Of a DNA stretch of 64,000 bases, positions 39,940 to 48,769 are shown piece after piece. The stretch spans positions 25,202-89,201 of the forward strand of contig JAQGHD010000019.1 of assembly GCA_028288965.1 (NCBI GenBank), written 5' to 3'. A program made the translations under genes and the position numbers. The first letter of the stretch is position 1. Every line of letters starts with the position of its first letter. The stretch is from Candidatus Saccharimonadota bacterium (lineage in GTDB: Bacteria; Patescibacteriota; Saccharimonadia; Saccharimonadales; JAQGHD01). Below the pieces are notes generated by a model, which did not search any database, was not told where the DNA came from, and saw only the letters and a list, made by a program, of their open reading frames with translations.

Positions 39940-40245
39940 TCAGCGGCCGGAAGGCCGGACAGGTTGGCGAAGCAGACGACGCTGGTCGCGCACGCGGTTG
40001 CGGTGATCGAGATCGAGTGCCAGCCACATGATGACTGCCATGCCTAGGGCAATGGCTGCGATCGAGGCAGGCCTGAGCACGATGCTGTGAGGTTGGTGAT
40101 CGGCCAGGGCCGAAGCAATCTCGCAGAAGGCCGCGGGCAACAGCAAGCTGAGGCCGGTACGCCGCTTGTTCAGTTTGACGATGCAGACCCATGCCAGAGC
40201 AGCAAATGGGATGGCCAAAACAGCAAAGGCGGTACTGTCACTCAT
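39940..40245 (-). CDS. Small 3-TM membrane protein (start MSDST at 40245)
   Basis: AAAGGAAG RBS. The longer ORF-track start would overlap the promoter. Confidence 0.65.
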   Translation of the reverse strand: MSDSTAFAVLAIPFAALAWVCIVKLNKRRTGLSLLLPAAFCEIASALADHQPHSIVLRPASIAAIALGMAVIMWLALDLDHRNRVRDQRRLLRQPVRPSGR

Positions 40246-40273
40246 GAATGAGCACTTCCTTTCCGGTTGGTGT

Positions 40274-40354
40274 AACAGGGAACTTGTGAAGGTTCTTTGG
40301 AGCAACTGCTCGACAAAGTATAGATATAATGGCATAAAATACTAAAAATATCAA
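40274..40354 (-). promoter_or_regulatory. Promoter, 5' hairpin, boxA-like motif and leader strand
   Basis: TTGATA(40349-54)-17-CATTAT, hairpin CTTTG-TC-GAGC-AGTT-GCTC-CAAAG, AACCTTCACAA, then AAGTTCCCTGTT complementary to 39577-39587. Confidence 0.55.
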
Positions 40355-40551
40355 TGTTTGGGTGAGGCGACTATACCATGGCAGCAAGTAGACTACGGGC
40401 TTACTATGCCCACATTTTTTATAAGTTGTGCCGAAAATCACAAAGCTTATGCCAATTAGTTCACAGCTATTTTGCTTATGCTGTGGAAAGATTAAGACGG
40501 CTTATGCTTGCTATTCGGAGAAAAGAGGATAAAGATGTGGGGGAGAAAAGC

Positions 40552-40986
40552 ATGAATTCAATCAGTGCGTATGACGTCGCTAACGTCTTTGCTAAGCTGA
40601 CAGATATTGATTCTGGAGAGGTTTTAACGAACCTAAAAATCCAGAAGCTTGTTTACTACGCCCAAGGTTTTCACCTTGCAATGTTTGATAAGCCTCTTTT
40701 TAACGACCCTATTGTTGCGTGGGAGCATGGCCCTGTTGTTGAAGATTTGTACCACAAGCTAAAGGAGCATAAGTCATCACCAGTAATGATAGCTGGCGCA
40801 ATCAACAAAGACATCTCCACTGAACAAATTGAACTCCTTGTAGAGGTCTACGATGTTTACGGTCAGTTTTCAGCATGGAAACTCAGAGACATGACCCATA
40901 ACGAAACTCCTTGGGCAACAACACCAAAAGGTTACGTGATTACTCACGCTAAACTCAAAACATACTTCAAGAATCAGCTCCAGTAA
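40552..40986 (+). CDS. Panacea (DUF4065/SocA-like) antitoxin
   Basis: LTNLKIQKLVYYAQ, AWEHGPVV, SAWKLRDMTH.E.PW. Confidence 0.9.
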   Translation: MNSISAYDVANVFAKLTDIDSGEVLTNLKIQKLVYYAQGFHLAMFDKPLFNDPIVAWEHGPVVEDLYHKLKEHKSSPVMIAGAINKDISTEQIELLVEVYDVYGQFSAWKLRDMTHNETPWATTPKGYVITHAKLKTYFKNQLQ

Positions 40987-41420
40987 TGGATAGACGGCAT
41001 CCGCCTAAGCCGAAGAAAATGAAGGGCGTTTCGTTCAATCAGTCTCAAGTTAGAGTAGCTGAGTCCGCTAGTGCGCATAAGTCTGACCACCCAATATTTT
41101 GTTTGAGATATTTAGTAAATGGATACGACCTAGAGAAATGTGATAAAGAGCAAGCACACTTCTTCGTGAAGAAACTAGCAAATATGGCTCAATTATCATG
41201 GACAGCATTATTGCTTGGTGACCATAAAAGTGGGCTTGGTTTTGAGCCATTACCCAAGGACCAAATAAAAGCCCCATTGCCTGCAATTGTGACCAAGGAT
41301 ATAACTAGTATGCAAGTTATAAGATTTAAGCGTGACTACAGAATTATAGGTTTCAGGAGTGACGATACCTATAGAATTACACATATAGAGTTAGACAGGA
41401 GTGCTTATGACCACGGTTGA
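40986..41420 (+). CDS. Putative RelE-like toxin paired with the Panacea antitoxin
   Basis: Overlapping stop/start (TAATG), basic protein, RF...YRIIGFR....Y.H. Confidence 0.6.
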   Translation: MDRRHPPKPKKMKGVSFNQSQVRVAESASAHKSDHPIFCLRYLVNGYDLEKCDKEQAHFFVKKLANMAQLSWTALLLGDHKSGLGFEPLPKDQIKAPLPAIVTKDITSMQVIRFKRDYRIIGFRSDDTYRITHIELDRSAYDHG

Positions 41421-41462
41421 TAAGTATATAATATAGGTATGAGCAAGAAACTATTCAAACGA

Positions 41463-41711
41463 CTAATCAAACGTGCTTCCCAGCCCGTCCCAAAAGAACA
41501 AGGTAAATCGGTACAGTCCTGAAGTTATAATAAAAACAAAACTGGTTAAGGTAAGACTCTGTAGGTACTTCGGGCTAACGGCGTGATGAGTGCCATCTAT
41601 TGACCGCTTTAGTTGGCTCCAAAAGCCCTCGATGGTGTTGGTGTGGACGTTGCCACGTATATATTCAAGCGTTGAATGATTAACCGTTGTGTGGTTGCAG
41701 CCCGCTTGCAT
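41463..41711 (-). pseudogene. IS1595-family transposase C-terminal remnant
   Basis: HTTVNHS..EY.RGNVHTNTIEGFWSQLKRSIDGTHHAVSPKYLQS, truncated and frameshifted. Confidence 0.85.
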
Positions 41712-41723
41712 TCAGAAAAATGA

Positions 41724-41776
41724 TTCGCTTTCGCTCTTTTGAGCTCATCAGTATGAATACACATTCATAAAACGAA
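41724..41776 (-). ncRNA. Type III hammerhead ribozyme (copy A)
   Basis: Minus strand: UUCGU-U-U^ UAUGAAU-GUGU-AUUCAUA CUGAUGA GCUC-AAAA-GAGC GAAA GCGAA. Predicted cut between 41770 and 41769. Confidence 0.85.
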
Positions 41777-41900
41777 AACGACAAATAGACAGAGATAAAG
41801 ATACACAAAGCAGCCAGGGAGGTGGCAAGGCTTTGATATATCAATATCACTGCCTATTTGCCATTCTCGCTTTACCGAGAACTTTTCTCGACCGTCAGTG

Positions 41901-42566
41901 TCAGTTGGCGTCCTGCACAATAAACCCAAACGTCAGGTCATCTTGGTCGCGGAGGTAAGGGAACAGACCCACGTAGGAGGTGCTCAAGCGCCCGGCCGCG
42001 ATCTTGCTGATGACGCTTTCCAGGTGCTGTTTTGCCCGATCTACGTCTGTAACGCGCGTGTCGATGTCCAAGGCTGCTGCCCGGAGTTCGAGCACGTAGC
42101 CCTTGACACCGTCTAGGTCTGTCAATTCGATGGCTACTTGCCTGGTTGCGTCAGCGAAAGCCTGCTGGTCCATGATCTGTTTGGTGATGTGGCTCATTGG
42201 CGTGAACCTTGCAAGGTTGCTGTTGAAGGTGATGATCACCCGGCGGAATGGCCATTCTGTCTGCGGTGTTGCGAGAACACGCTTGTCTCCACGCAAGGGG
42301 AACAAGTCCAACAGATTCTGGGTCGCCCAATCGATGGTAACCTGAACCCACTCTGCAACGGCAGCTGAATTCGTGACGTTGTCACGATACTCAACCGACA
42401 TGTCAAAACGGTTGATGTTGCAGCCAAAGACGCCGTCATGTTGCATAATGCGACCCCTAAGGGGCAGCACTGCATCGCGGTGATCCTCTGAGTTAAAGGT
42501 GCCTGTCTCTTCGTTGATTCCGGTTATAGCCGTATTGAATTCGAACGTGAGAGTCTGATTGGTCAT
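41901..42566 (-). CDS. Hypothetical protein with two similar ~100-aa alpha/beta repeats
   Basis: AGGAG RBS, internal repeat (FEFNT../ITFNS.., HDGV/LDGV, LFPLRG/LFPYLR). Confidence 0.75.
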   Translation of the reverse strand: MTNQTLTFEFNTAITGINEETGTFNSEDHRDAVLPLRGRIMQHDGVFGCNINRFDMSVEYRDNVTNSAAVAEWVQVTIDWATQNLLDLFPLRGDKRVLATPQTEWPFRRVIITFNSNLARFTPMSHITKQIMDQQAFADATRQVAIELTDLDGVKGYVLELRAAALDIDTRVTDVDRAKQHLESVISKIAAGRLSTSYVGLFPYLRDQDDLTFGFIVQDAN

Positions 42567-42686
42567 GTTGGCTCCTGCTTCAACTCACCTGACTGTTTGT
42601 CCCAACTGACGTTGGCGCGTATCCATAATGAACACACAAAGTGAGATACCAAGACGCATGGGTGTCCTAGTAACTCACTTTGTGTT

Positions 42687-42773
42687 TCTGTCTATTTGTC
42701 AAATAACACCTTTGGAACCCATTGGCTCAACAAAAGCAAACATTATATTACCATATAATCATAAAAAAGTCCA
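42687..42773 (-). promoter_or_regulatory. Promoter, conserved 5' hairpin, boxA-like motif and leader strand (unit A)
   Basis: TGGACT(42768-73)-17-TAATAT, 44-nt block 42696-42739 repeated at 43497-43540, TGTTATTTGACAA, 42687-42700 is a perfect inverted repeat of 41780-41793. Confidence 0.75.
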
Positions 42774-42792
42774 CAATCTGTTTGGACGGTTA

Positions 42793-42843
42793 CCGCTTTC
42801 GCTCTTTTGAGCTCATCAGTATGAATACACATTCATAAAGCAG
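42793..42843 (-). ncRNA. Type III hammerhead ribozyme (copy B)
   Basis: Minus strand: CUGC-U-U^ UAUGAAU-GUGU-AUUCAUA CUGAUGA GCUC-AAAA-GAGC GAAA GCGG. Predicted cut between 42838 and 42837. Stem III differs from copy A but still pairs. Confidence 0.85.
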
Positions 42844-42946
42844 AAATGACGACCAGACAGGAGTTTAGGGTAGAGGGATGACCACAAGGGTCAAACGTCT
42901 AGTTTCCTAAACTGCTCCCTGATGGTCATTTTTGCGCGCGATAACG

Positions 42947-43378
42947 CTATCCGTTATCGCACAAGCGTGGGGTCTGTTGAGACGCCGGCAGCTTGTTGAA
43001 ACTGAGGATGTTCTTGAACGACGAGAAGAGCGGCACACGCCAACCCTTGATTTGCACGCTGTACGTCGTCTCGGGCTGGATCTTGCCGTAGGCGTCGGCA
43101 GTGTTAAACCGTGTCTTGCCGAACAGCGAGTCCTTCATGACAAACGTGCCACCACTGGTGTAGATGCGGTATTCGCCGCCGTTTTGGGTAGCTACGCGCT
43201 CCTTGCTGCACACCGTCAGCACGCGAGTGCTGATGTGGTTGTAGTTGTGGAAGATGGCAGAGATGCCGACTACGAGGGCCAAAACGACCGCCGCAATGGC
43301 AACTGCACAACCCGCGCCCTGGAAATTCTCTCGACGACGAGCCCGATACTGGTTCGCATCACTAGTTCTCATGGACAT
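42947..43378 (-). CDS. Membrane-anchored DUF1523-like protein (phage-associated type)
   Basis: TM helix then TV.SKER..YRIYT..GTF..KDS..RFN.AD.YG......Y.....GWRVP.FS.F.NI, AAAGGAAG RBS. Confidence 0.65.
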   Translation of the reverse strand: MSMRTSDANQYRARRRENFQGAGCAVAIAAVVLALVVGISAIFHNYNHISTRVLTVCSKERVATQNGGEYRIYTSGGTFVMKDSLFGKTRFNTADAYGKIQPETTYSVQIKGWRVPLFSSFKNILSFNKLPASQQTPRLCDNG

Positions 43379-43489
43379 AGGGTCTTCCTTTCTCCTCTCC
43401 TCGGCATACAGCCTAAGGTGTTTATCCTAAACACACAAGGTGAGGAACAAAAGTACAATAATTATACGTTTGGTGCTCACCTTGTGCTT

Positions 43490-43574
43490 TGTCTGGTTGT
43501 CAAATAACACCTTTGGAACCGATTGGCTCAACAAAAGCAATGTAGATAATAACATAAAAATGCGCAAAAGTCCA
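43490..43574 (-). promoter_or_regulatory. Promoter, conserved 5' hairpin, boxA-like motif and leader strand (unit B)
   Basis: TGGACT(43569-74)-17-TATTAT, same 44-nt block, 43490-43501 pairs 11/12 with 42848-42859. Confidence 0.75.
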
Positions 43575-43607
43575 CATCTCTACAGATGTGCATGCTACAC
43601 TAGGCTC

Positions 43608-44252
43608 ATGAAAATTGGCGTCTTTGACTCGGGGGTAGGGGGCAAATCGGTAGCTAATGCCATCTCTCGGGCGCTGCCGCAGCATCAGGTTATTTTTATG
43701 ATGGATAGCGCCCATTTTCCGTACGCCACAAAAACTCCACAAGAAATTCATGGCTATGTGGTGCCGATACTGACAGACCTGGTGGGGCAGGGGTGTGAGG
43801 TAATAGTGATTGCCTGTAACACCGTGTCTACTAACCTTATTGATGAACTTCGCGAGACTTTGCCAGTGCCGCTAATTGCCATGGAGCCCATGGTCAAGCC
43901 AGCTGCCGAACAGACCAAAAGCAAGGTTATTGTCGTGTGTGCCACACCGACCACCCTGGCTAGCCCACGTTACCAATGGCTCAAAGACACCTACGCGTCA
44001 GGTATAAAAGTGCTGGAACCGGATTGTAGCAACTGGAGCTACATGATTGAGACCAACCAAATAGATAGGCAAAAAATCCACGACCAAATAGACCAAGCCT
44101 GCCAGGCTGGGGCGGATATGATTGTGCTGGGCTGTACCCATTACCACTGGATTGAGGACATTATTACAGAGGTGGTGCAGGGCAGGGCACAGGTGATCCA
44201 GCCGGAGCAGCCGGTGATCGAGCAACTAAAAAAGGTAATGGCTAGTTTATAA
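43608..44252 (+). CDS. murI: Glutamate racemase
   Basis: MKIGVFDSGVGG, IACNT, VLGCTHY. Confidence 0.95.
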   Translation: MKIGVFDSGVGGKSVANAISRALPQHQVIFMMDSAHFPYATKTPQEIHGYVVPILTDLVGQGCEVIVIACNTVSTNLIDELRETLPVPLIAMEPMVKPAAEQTKSKVIVVCATPTTLASPRYQWLKDTYASGIKVLEPDCSNWSYMIETNQIDRQKIHDQIDQACQAGADMIVLGCTHYHWIEDIITEVVQGRAQVIQPEQPVIEQLKKVMASL

Positions 44253-45579
44253 CTTTTACGGCCGCTTGGAACTGTTCGGCGCGGTCTTTGTAATTCTTGA
44301 ACATACCAAAGCTGGCGCAGCCCGTAGACAGTAGCACCACGTCGCCAGGGTGGGCGGCGCCTTTGGCCTGAGCCACAATATCGGCCATGGTGTCGCCACC
44401 TTCTATGATGTTGGTATAACCGGCAGTTTTAAGCGCCTCGGCAATCTTTGGTCCTTGATCACCAATGGCAATCACGGCACGAACATTGCTGGTGGCTACC
44501 ACATGCGCCAGTTCGTCATAATTAGAACCTTTGTCGGATCCACCCAAGATACAAATCTTTGGTTGGACAAAAGCCTGAATAGCCACCATGGCTGTCTCCG
44601 GTGTGGTGCCAAACGAATCGTCGTAATACGCTACGCCATCTATCTCTCGGACCAACTGCAAACGGTGCTCTAGCCCCGCAAAGCTGGTGATCACTTTTTT
44701 GGGGGCTATGACATCATGGCTGGTCAATTCCCAGGTGGCAGCAATGGCCGCGCAGATGTTTTCTAGATTGTGATGGCCCAGCAGGGCAACTTCATCGGTG
44801 TTACAGATGGCAGTAGTGGCCATATAAATAGTGTCGCCATAGACGTAAGCACCAGATTTATCGCTTGGCGCCTCTGTTGGCGGCGGAACGTCATAGACGA
44901 TTTTGCGGGCAGGGGAGGCACCGGCAATTTCGGCCGAATGCGCACTGTGGTGATTGTACACCGCCAAATCTTCTGGCTTCTGCCAGCGAAAGAGCTGTTG
45001 CTTGGCAGTCACGTATTCTTCCATGTTGGCGTGCCAGTTTAGGTGTTCTGGCACCACCATCAGGCAAACAGCAATGCCTGGTGAATACTTGAGATCAATT
45101 AGTTGAAAATTAGCCAGTTCTAGCACGATGTAATCATTTGGCTGGATGCCAGCCTCGAGCATGGACAGTGGGGGAGTGCCAATATTACCACCTAGGTGTA
45201 CCCGCTTCCCCACCGCTTCTAAGATTTTGGCAATCAGCGTGGAGGTAGTACCTTTGCCCTTGGTACCCGTTACGCCAATTATATTTTTACTGGGGCAAAT
45301 CTTAAAAAATTCGTTAGTCACAGTAGTGACTTTACTAAGTATAGTCGCATCGTTGTCGTTGGCAGCCAGAATGTCAGCAGGGTGGACCGACGGCCCGCGC
45401 ACCAACAAATCAAACTCCCCTAGTCCGCCCAGGTAATCTTTGCCCAACTGCCCGACTGCACCAACTGGTACCCGTACCTGCTCGTCGGCGTCGCAAATAG
45501 TCAGCTGGTTGTCTGGCTGACTCCAGTACTTAAAGGCCGCTTCTCCCTGCGCCCCATACCCCAAAATGGCTACCCTCAT
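44242..45579 (-). CDS. murD: UDP-N-acetylmuramoyl-L-alanine--D-glutamate ligase
   Basis: GVTGTKGKGTT, GGNIG, ELANFQL, GLEHRL, DDSFGT, CASFGMFKNYKDR. Confidence 0.95.
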   Translation of the reverse strand: MRVAILGYGAQGEAAFKYWSQPDNQLTICDADEQVRVPVGAVGQLGKDYLGGLGEFDLLVRGPSVHPADILAANDNDATILSKVTTVTNEFFKICPSKNIIGVTGTKGKGTTSTLIAKILEAVGKRVHLGGNIGTPPLSMLEAGIQPNDYIVLELANFQLIDLKYSPGIAVCLMVVPEHLNWHANMEEYVTAKQQLFRWQKPEDLAVYNHHSAHSAEIAGASPARKIVYDVPPPTEAPSDKSGAYVYGDTIYMATTAICNTDEVALLGHHNLENICAAIAATWELTSHDVIAPKKVITSFAGLEHRLQLVREIDGVAYYDDSFGTTPETAMVAIQAFVQPKICILGGSDKGSNYDELAHVVATSNVRAVIAIGDQGPKIAEALKTAGYTNIIEGGDTMADIVAQAKGAAHPGDVVLLSTGCASFGMFKNYKDRAEQFQAAVKVIN

Positions 45580-45660
45580 GCCGCTATTATCACTGAAAGT
45601 TTCACCAGTGGCAATCATAAGTTTTTAGGGCATATAAACCCCATGCTACTATTAACACTC

Positions 45661-46221
45661 ATGAAGGAATTAATATTCTCTACTGGCAATGCGGATAAAT
45701 TTGCCTCAGCGCAGAGTGCATGTACGGAGTACGGGCTGACGTTTACTCAGTCCAAACTAGACATTGATGAGATCCAAGGTGAGAATTCTGAGCGTATAGC
45801 CCGCGATAAGGCCAATAAAGCGTTTGTACTAGTCCAGAAACCGCTAGTTGTCACCGATGATTCTTGGGCATTCTTGGGCCTAAATGGTTTCCCCGGAGCA
45901 TATATGCGTTCTATGAATCATTGGTTTACACCGGAAGATTTTCTGCGATTAACGTTGCCACTCCAAGATAGGCAGGTGTTACTTAAGATGTATGTTGTTT
46001 ATCAAGATGCGCAGCGGCAAAAACTATTTACAGGTGAGGTTAGCGGAAAGCTTTTAAAAGAAGTACGCGGGCATTCAGACAATCCAAGTCATTCTATCGT
46101 TTCACTAGATGGAGATAACGGACTAAGCATCGCAGAGGTGTATGAACAAGGCACAAATCTTTCCCAGCGTCAAAGTGCCATTATCTGGCATCAGTTTGCA
46201 AAATGGTACACAGCAATCTAA
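45661..46221 (+). CDS. Ham1/ITPase-family non-canonical NTP pyrophosphatase (divergent)
   Basis: STGNADK, DEIQ, DDS..LNGFPGAY. Confidence 0.85.
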   Translation: MKELIFSTGNADKFASAQSACTEYGLTFTQSKLDIDEIQGENSERIARDKANKAFVLVQKPLVVTDDSWAFLGLNGFPGAYMRSMNHWFTPEDFLRLTLPLQDRQVLLKMYVVYQDAQRQKLFTGEVSGKLLKEVRGHSDNPSHSIVSLDGDNGLSIAEVYEQGTNLSQRQSAIIWHQFAKWYTAI

Positions 46222-46318
46222 ATTAGCTCTACGACTTCACTGTTTACTGCTCGCCGCCATGCTTGACCAAAAGCCCTATGGCCCCACAAGGAGTACAGTG
46301 TCCTTTTTACCTAAGAGA

Positions 46319-46681
46319 TTATAAATGCTGTTTAACGAGTTCGGCTACCTGCCGGGGGGTCATATCGGCCTTTAAGATCACGGCCTCTACGCCAAGTTTT
46401 TTTACATCATCTGGAATTTCTTGCTCGCCCACATTGGTCAGGATCACTACCTTAATCTTTTTGCCCCAATCGGTTTTGCGCATAGCGGCCAGCATTTGGT
46501 CACCGGTCATCTCTGGCATCATCAGATCCAGCAGAATCATGTCTGGGTTCATTTTCTCGGCCAGCTCCAAACCCAGCTTACCGTTTTCAGCGGTTTCTAC
46601 CGTAAAGCCCTCGGCCTCGAACTTAATCCGATACATTTGGCTTATGGCTTGGTCGTCTTCTACAATTGCAATTTTTGCCAT
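46319..46681 (-). CDS. Single-domain response regulator (receiver only)
   Basis: IVEDD, LLDLMMPEM.G, ILTN, K. Confidence 0.9.
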   Translation of the reverse strand: MAKIAIVEDDQAISQMYRIKFEAEGFTVETAENGKLGLELAEKMNPDMILLDLMMPEMTGDQMLAAMRKTDWGKKIKVVILTNVGEQEIPDDVKKLGVEAVILKADMTPRQVAELVKQHL

Positions 46682-46720
46682 ATTTCTAATCGTACGGGAA
46701 GTTGAGACTTAACTCAATCG

Positions 46721-47107
46721 TTAGTTAGCTGGTTGCGGCTTGGCGATGGTTTGCTGGACAATCTCCAATACCTGGTGGGGCGTGTAATAGGCTTTGACAA
46801 TATACTTCTCGACGTTTAGTTGGCGGACCCTTGGTGGGACCTCATCTTCGCTAATATTGGTCAGAATAATCACTTTAATGTCCTTACCCCAATCTGTTTG
46901 GCGCAGTTCCTCGAGCATCTCGTCACCGCGCATTTCGGGCATCATAACGTCGAGCATTATCAGATCGGGCTTGAATGTTTTGATCAGTTCCAGGCCTATC
47001 TTGCCATTCTCGGCTATTTTGACTTGGTAGCCCTCGGCATCCAGCTTAATGCGATACATATCGCTGATTGCTTGGTCGTCTTCTATAATTGCTATTTTTT
47101 GTGCCAT
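46721..47107 (-). CDS. Single-domain response regulator (receiver only)
   Basis: IIEDD, MLDVMMPEM.G, ILTN, K. Confidence 0.9.
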   Translation of the reverse strand: MAQKIAIIEDDQAISDMYRIKLDAEGYQVKIAENGKIGLELIKTFKPDLIMLDVMMPEMRGDEMLEELRQTDWGKDIKVIILTNISEDEVPPRVRQLNVEKYIVKAYYTPHQVLEIVQQTIAKPQPAN

Positions 47108-47224
47108 GTTTTTTCCTATTCAAAAAGCGAGAGCAACTAGGGCCGCTACACGAAAGGCCGTAATTGTTCTCGCTTTGGTCTGATAAAAGAACTACATCTG
47201 ATTCTAGCGCTTATGGTTGGCTTG

Positions 47225-47644
47225 TCAAGCGGAGGCCACGGCATCAGCGTTACTGGAAGCATTGGTGCCCAGAATTTCTTTGATGATTTCTAGCACCTGC
47301 CCTGGCGTATGGTGAGCTTTGACTATGTAGCGGTCTACGCTCAAAAACCGTAGGATATGAGGCGCCTCGTCTTTGCTGATATTGGTCAGCACAATCACCC
47401 GAATATTACTTCCCCAATTGGTGGCGCGTAGGCGCTGGAGCATTTCATCCCCGCTCATTACCGGCATCCGCAAATCAAGCAAGATAAGATCGGGAACGAA
47501 CTCCTTGCACAGCTGCAAGCCCTCTTTCCCGTCATGAGCTGTCTTAACCTCATAGCCAGAACTCTTGAGCTTAAACTCATACATACTACAGATGGGGATA
47601 TCGTCTTCTATGACGGCAATTTTGGTTAGTTGTGTGTCAAACAT
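47225..47644 (-). CDS. Single-domain response regulator (receiver only)
   Basis: VIEDD, LLDLRMPVM.G, VLTN, K. Confidence 0.9.
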   Translation of the reverse strand: MFDTQLTKIAVIEDDIPICSMYEFKLKSSGYEVKTAHDGKEGLQLCKEFVPDLILLDLRMPVMSGDEMLQRLRATNWGSNIRVIVLTNISKDEAPHILRFLSVDRYIVKAHHTPGQVLEIIKEILGTNASSNADAVASA

Positions 47645-47798
47645 GATATTTTCGATAAACTAAGTGCTTATTCTTGACATATTACACGTCTTATGTTAAA
47701 CTCACAAGCAGTTCTTTAGTAAATTAATGGCGACACAAATTCCTATTCAACTTTAGGAGTCATTGTGGCGTCATTTTTTAATTTACATAGGCAAGGTA

Positions 47799-48767
47799 AT
47801 GACAGACTTCCAGAATCCCATCGAACAGTTTCATCCGGCAGTAGCTGCCGAAGGCTTAACTTGGCCTGCAGCAATACCCAAACAGGTTAATGATAGTAAT
47901 GTTGAGCTCTTCCCACGTGAAGATAGTTTAGCCATTCATACAGCTCATATAGCACGACACACCCCCGATGCGCTAGATGAACTACCTGCAGAAGAAGTTG
48001 GAGTAATTGATTTTGACGCTGAGAGTCCCACTTTTCTTGGCAAGTTGCGTACTGTTATTGCAGCTATCCGAAGCGACTGGAAAAGAGAGTCAAACGCTGG
48101 CAAAGTATGGCTAGTATCAGCAATGGTTGGCCAAGCTGGCGAGCGTACACACTTATTAACTGAGGCAACCATTGCCCCTATTGCTGCACATGTTTTGCGG
48201 AGTACTCATAGTCCGTGGATGACCGGAGTTGCTTTGTTCAGTATGGTTGGAGCCGCCCAAGAGGGTATTGCTGCAACTTGGGTTGAAGGTATGCATCGCG
48301 CGCCAGAGACAACAGAAGCCGTTTATACTCAATTTCCGAAAACTATTGAACTGGCCGAGGATTTAGGCGCTGCCACAGATCGTAATTTGTTATCAAATGT
48401 TCGTGAAGGTATTTCAAGTTTTGCTACCTATGGCGTTACGCCGTACGTTGTTGCTGAAAAGCTGGCAAATCCAGAAACTACCAAGAAACAGAGCCATATT
48501 ACCGCAGCTGTTATGAGTGGTAAATGTGCTGTTACTGGTTTTGTACTTGGTGTTGGGGTAGGTGAGTTTGCTGTTCACAATCCAGCGGTTGGAAATCATG
48601 TTGTGAATTGGTTGGAGAAACCTTGGATATGGTGGGGTATCACTGCAGTTCTTGAAGGTCCGCGACTAATTAATAAACGCCTACAACGTAGAAAAATGCG
48701 TATGGCCGAGGCCGAAAATGCTTCCACAGAGGCTGTAATAGACAATGAACAATTGGAGGAAAGTTAA
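47799..48767 (+). CDS. Membrane hypothetical protein
   Basis: Several moderately hydrophobic segments, coupled to the next gene. Confidence 0.7.
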   Translation: MTDFQNPIEQFHPAVAAEGLTWPAAIPKQVNDSNVELFPREDSLAIHTAHIARHTPDALDELPAEEVGVIDFDAESPTFLGKLRTVIAAIRSDWKRESNAGKVWLVSAMVGQAGERTHLLTEATIAPIAAHVLRSTHSPWMTGVALFSMVGAAQEGIAATWVEGMHRAPETTEAVYTQFPKTIELAEDLGAATDRNLLSNVREGISSFATYGVTPYVVAEKLANPETTKKQSHITAAVMSGKCAVTGFVLGVGVGEFAVHNPAVGNHVVNWLEKPWIWWGITAVLEGPRLINKRLQRRKMRMAEAENASTEAVIDNEQLEES

Positions 48768-48769
48768 TC

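Noticed and set aside
41780-42700. Leader/trailer inverted repeats as MITE or IS terminal repeats
   Set aside because: They differ between units, no target duplication is evident, conserved sequence extends outside them, and in the 54-57 kb unit the deviations are G-U pairs.
43440-43607. N-terminal extension of murI in the ORF track
   Set aside because: It overlaps the unit B promoter/leader. MurI homology starts at MKIGVFDSG (43608).
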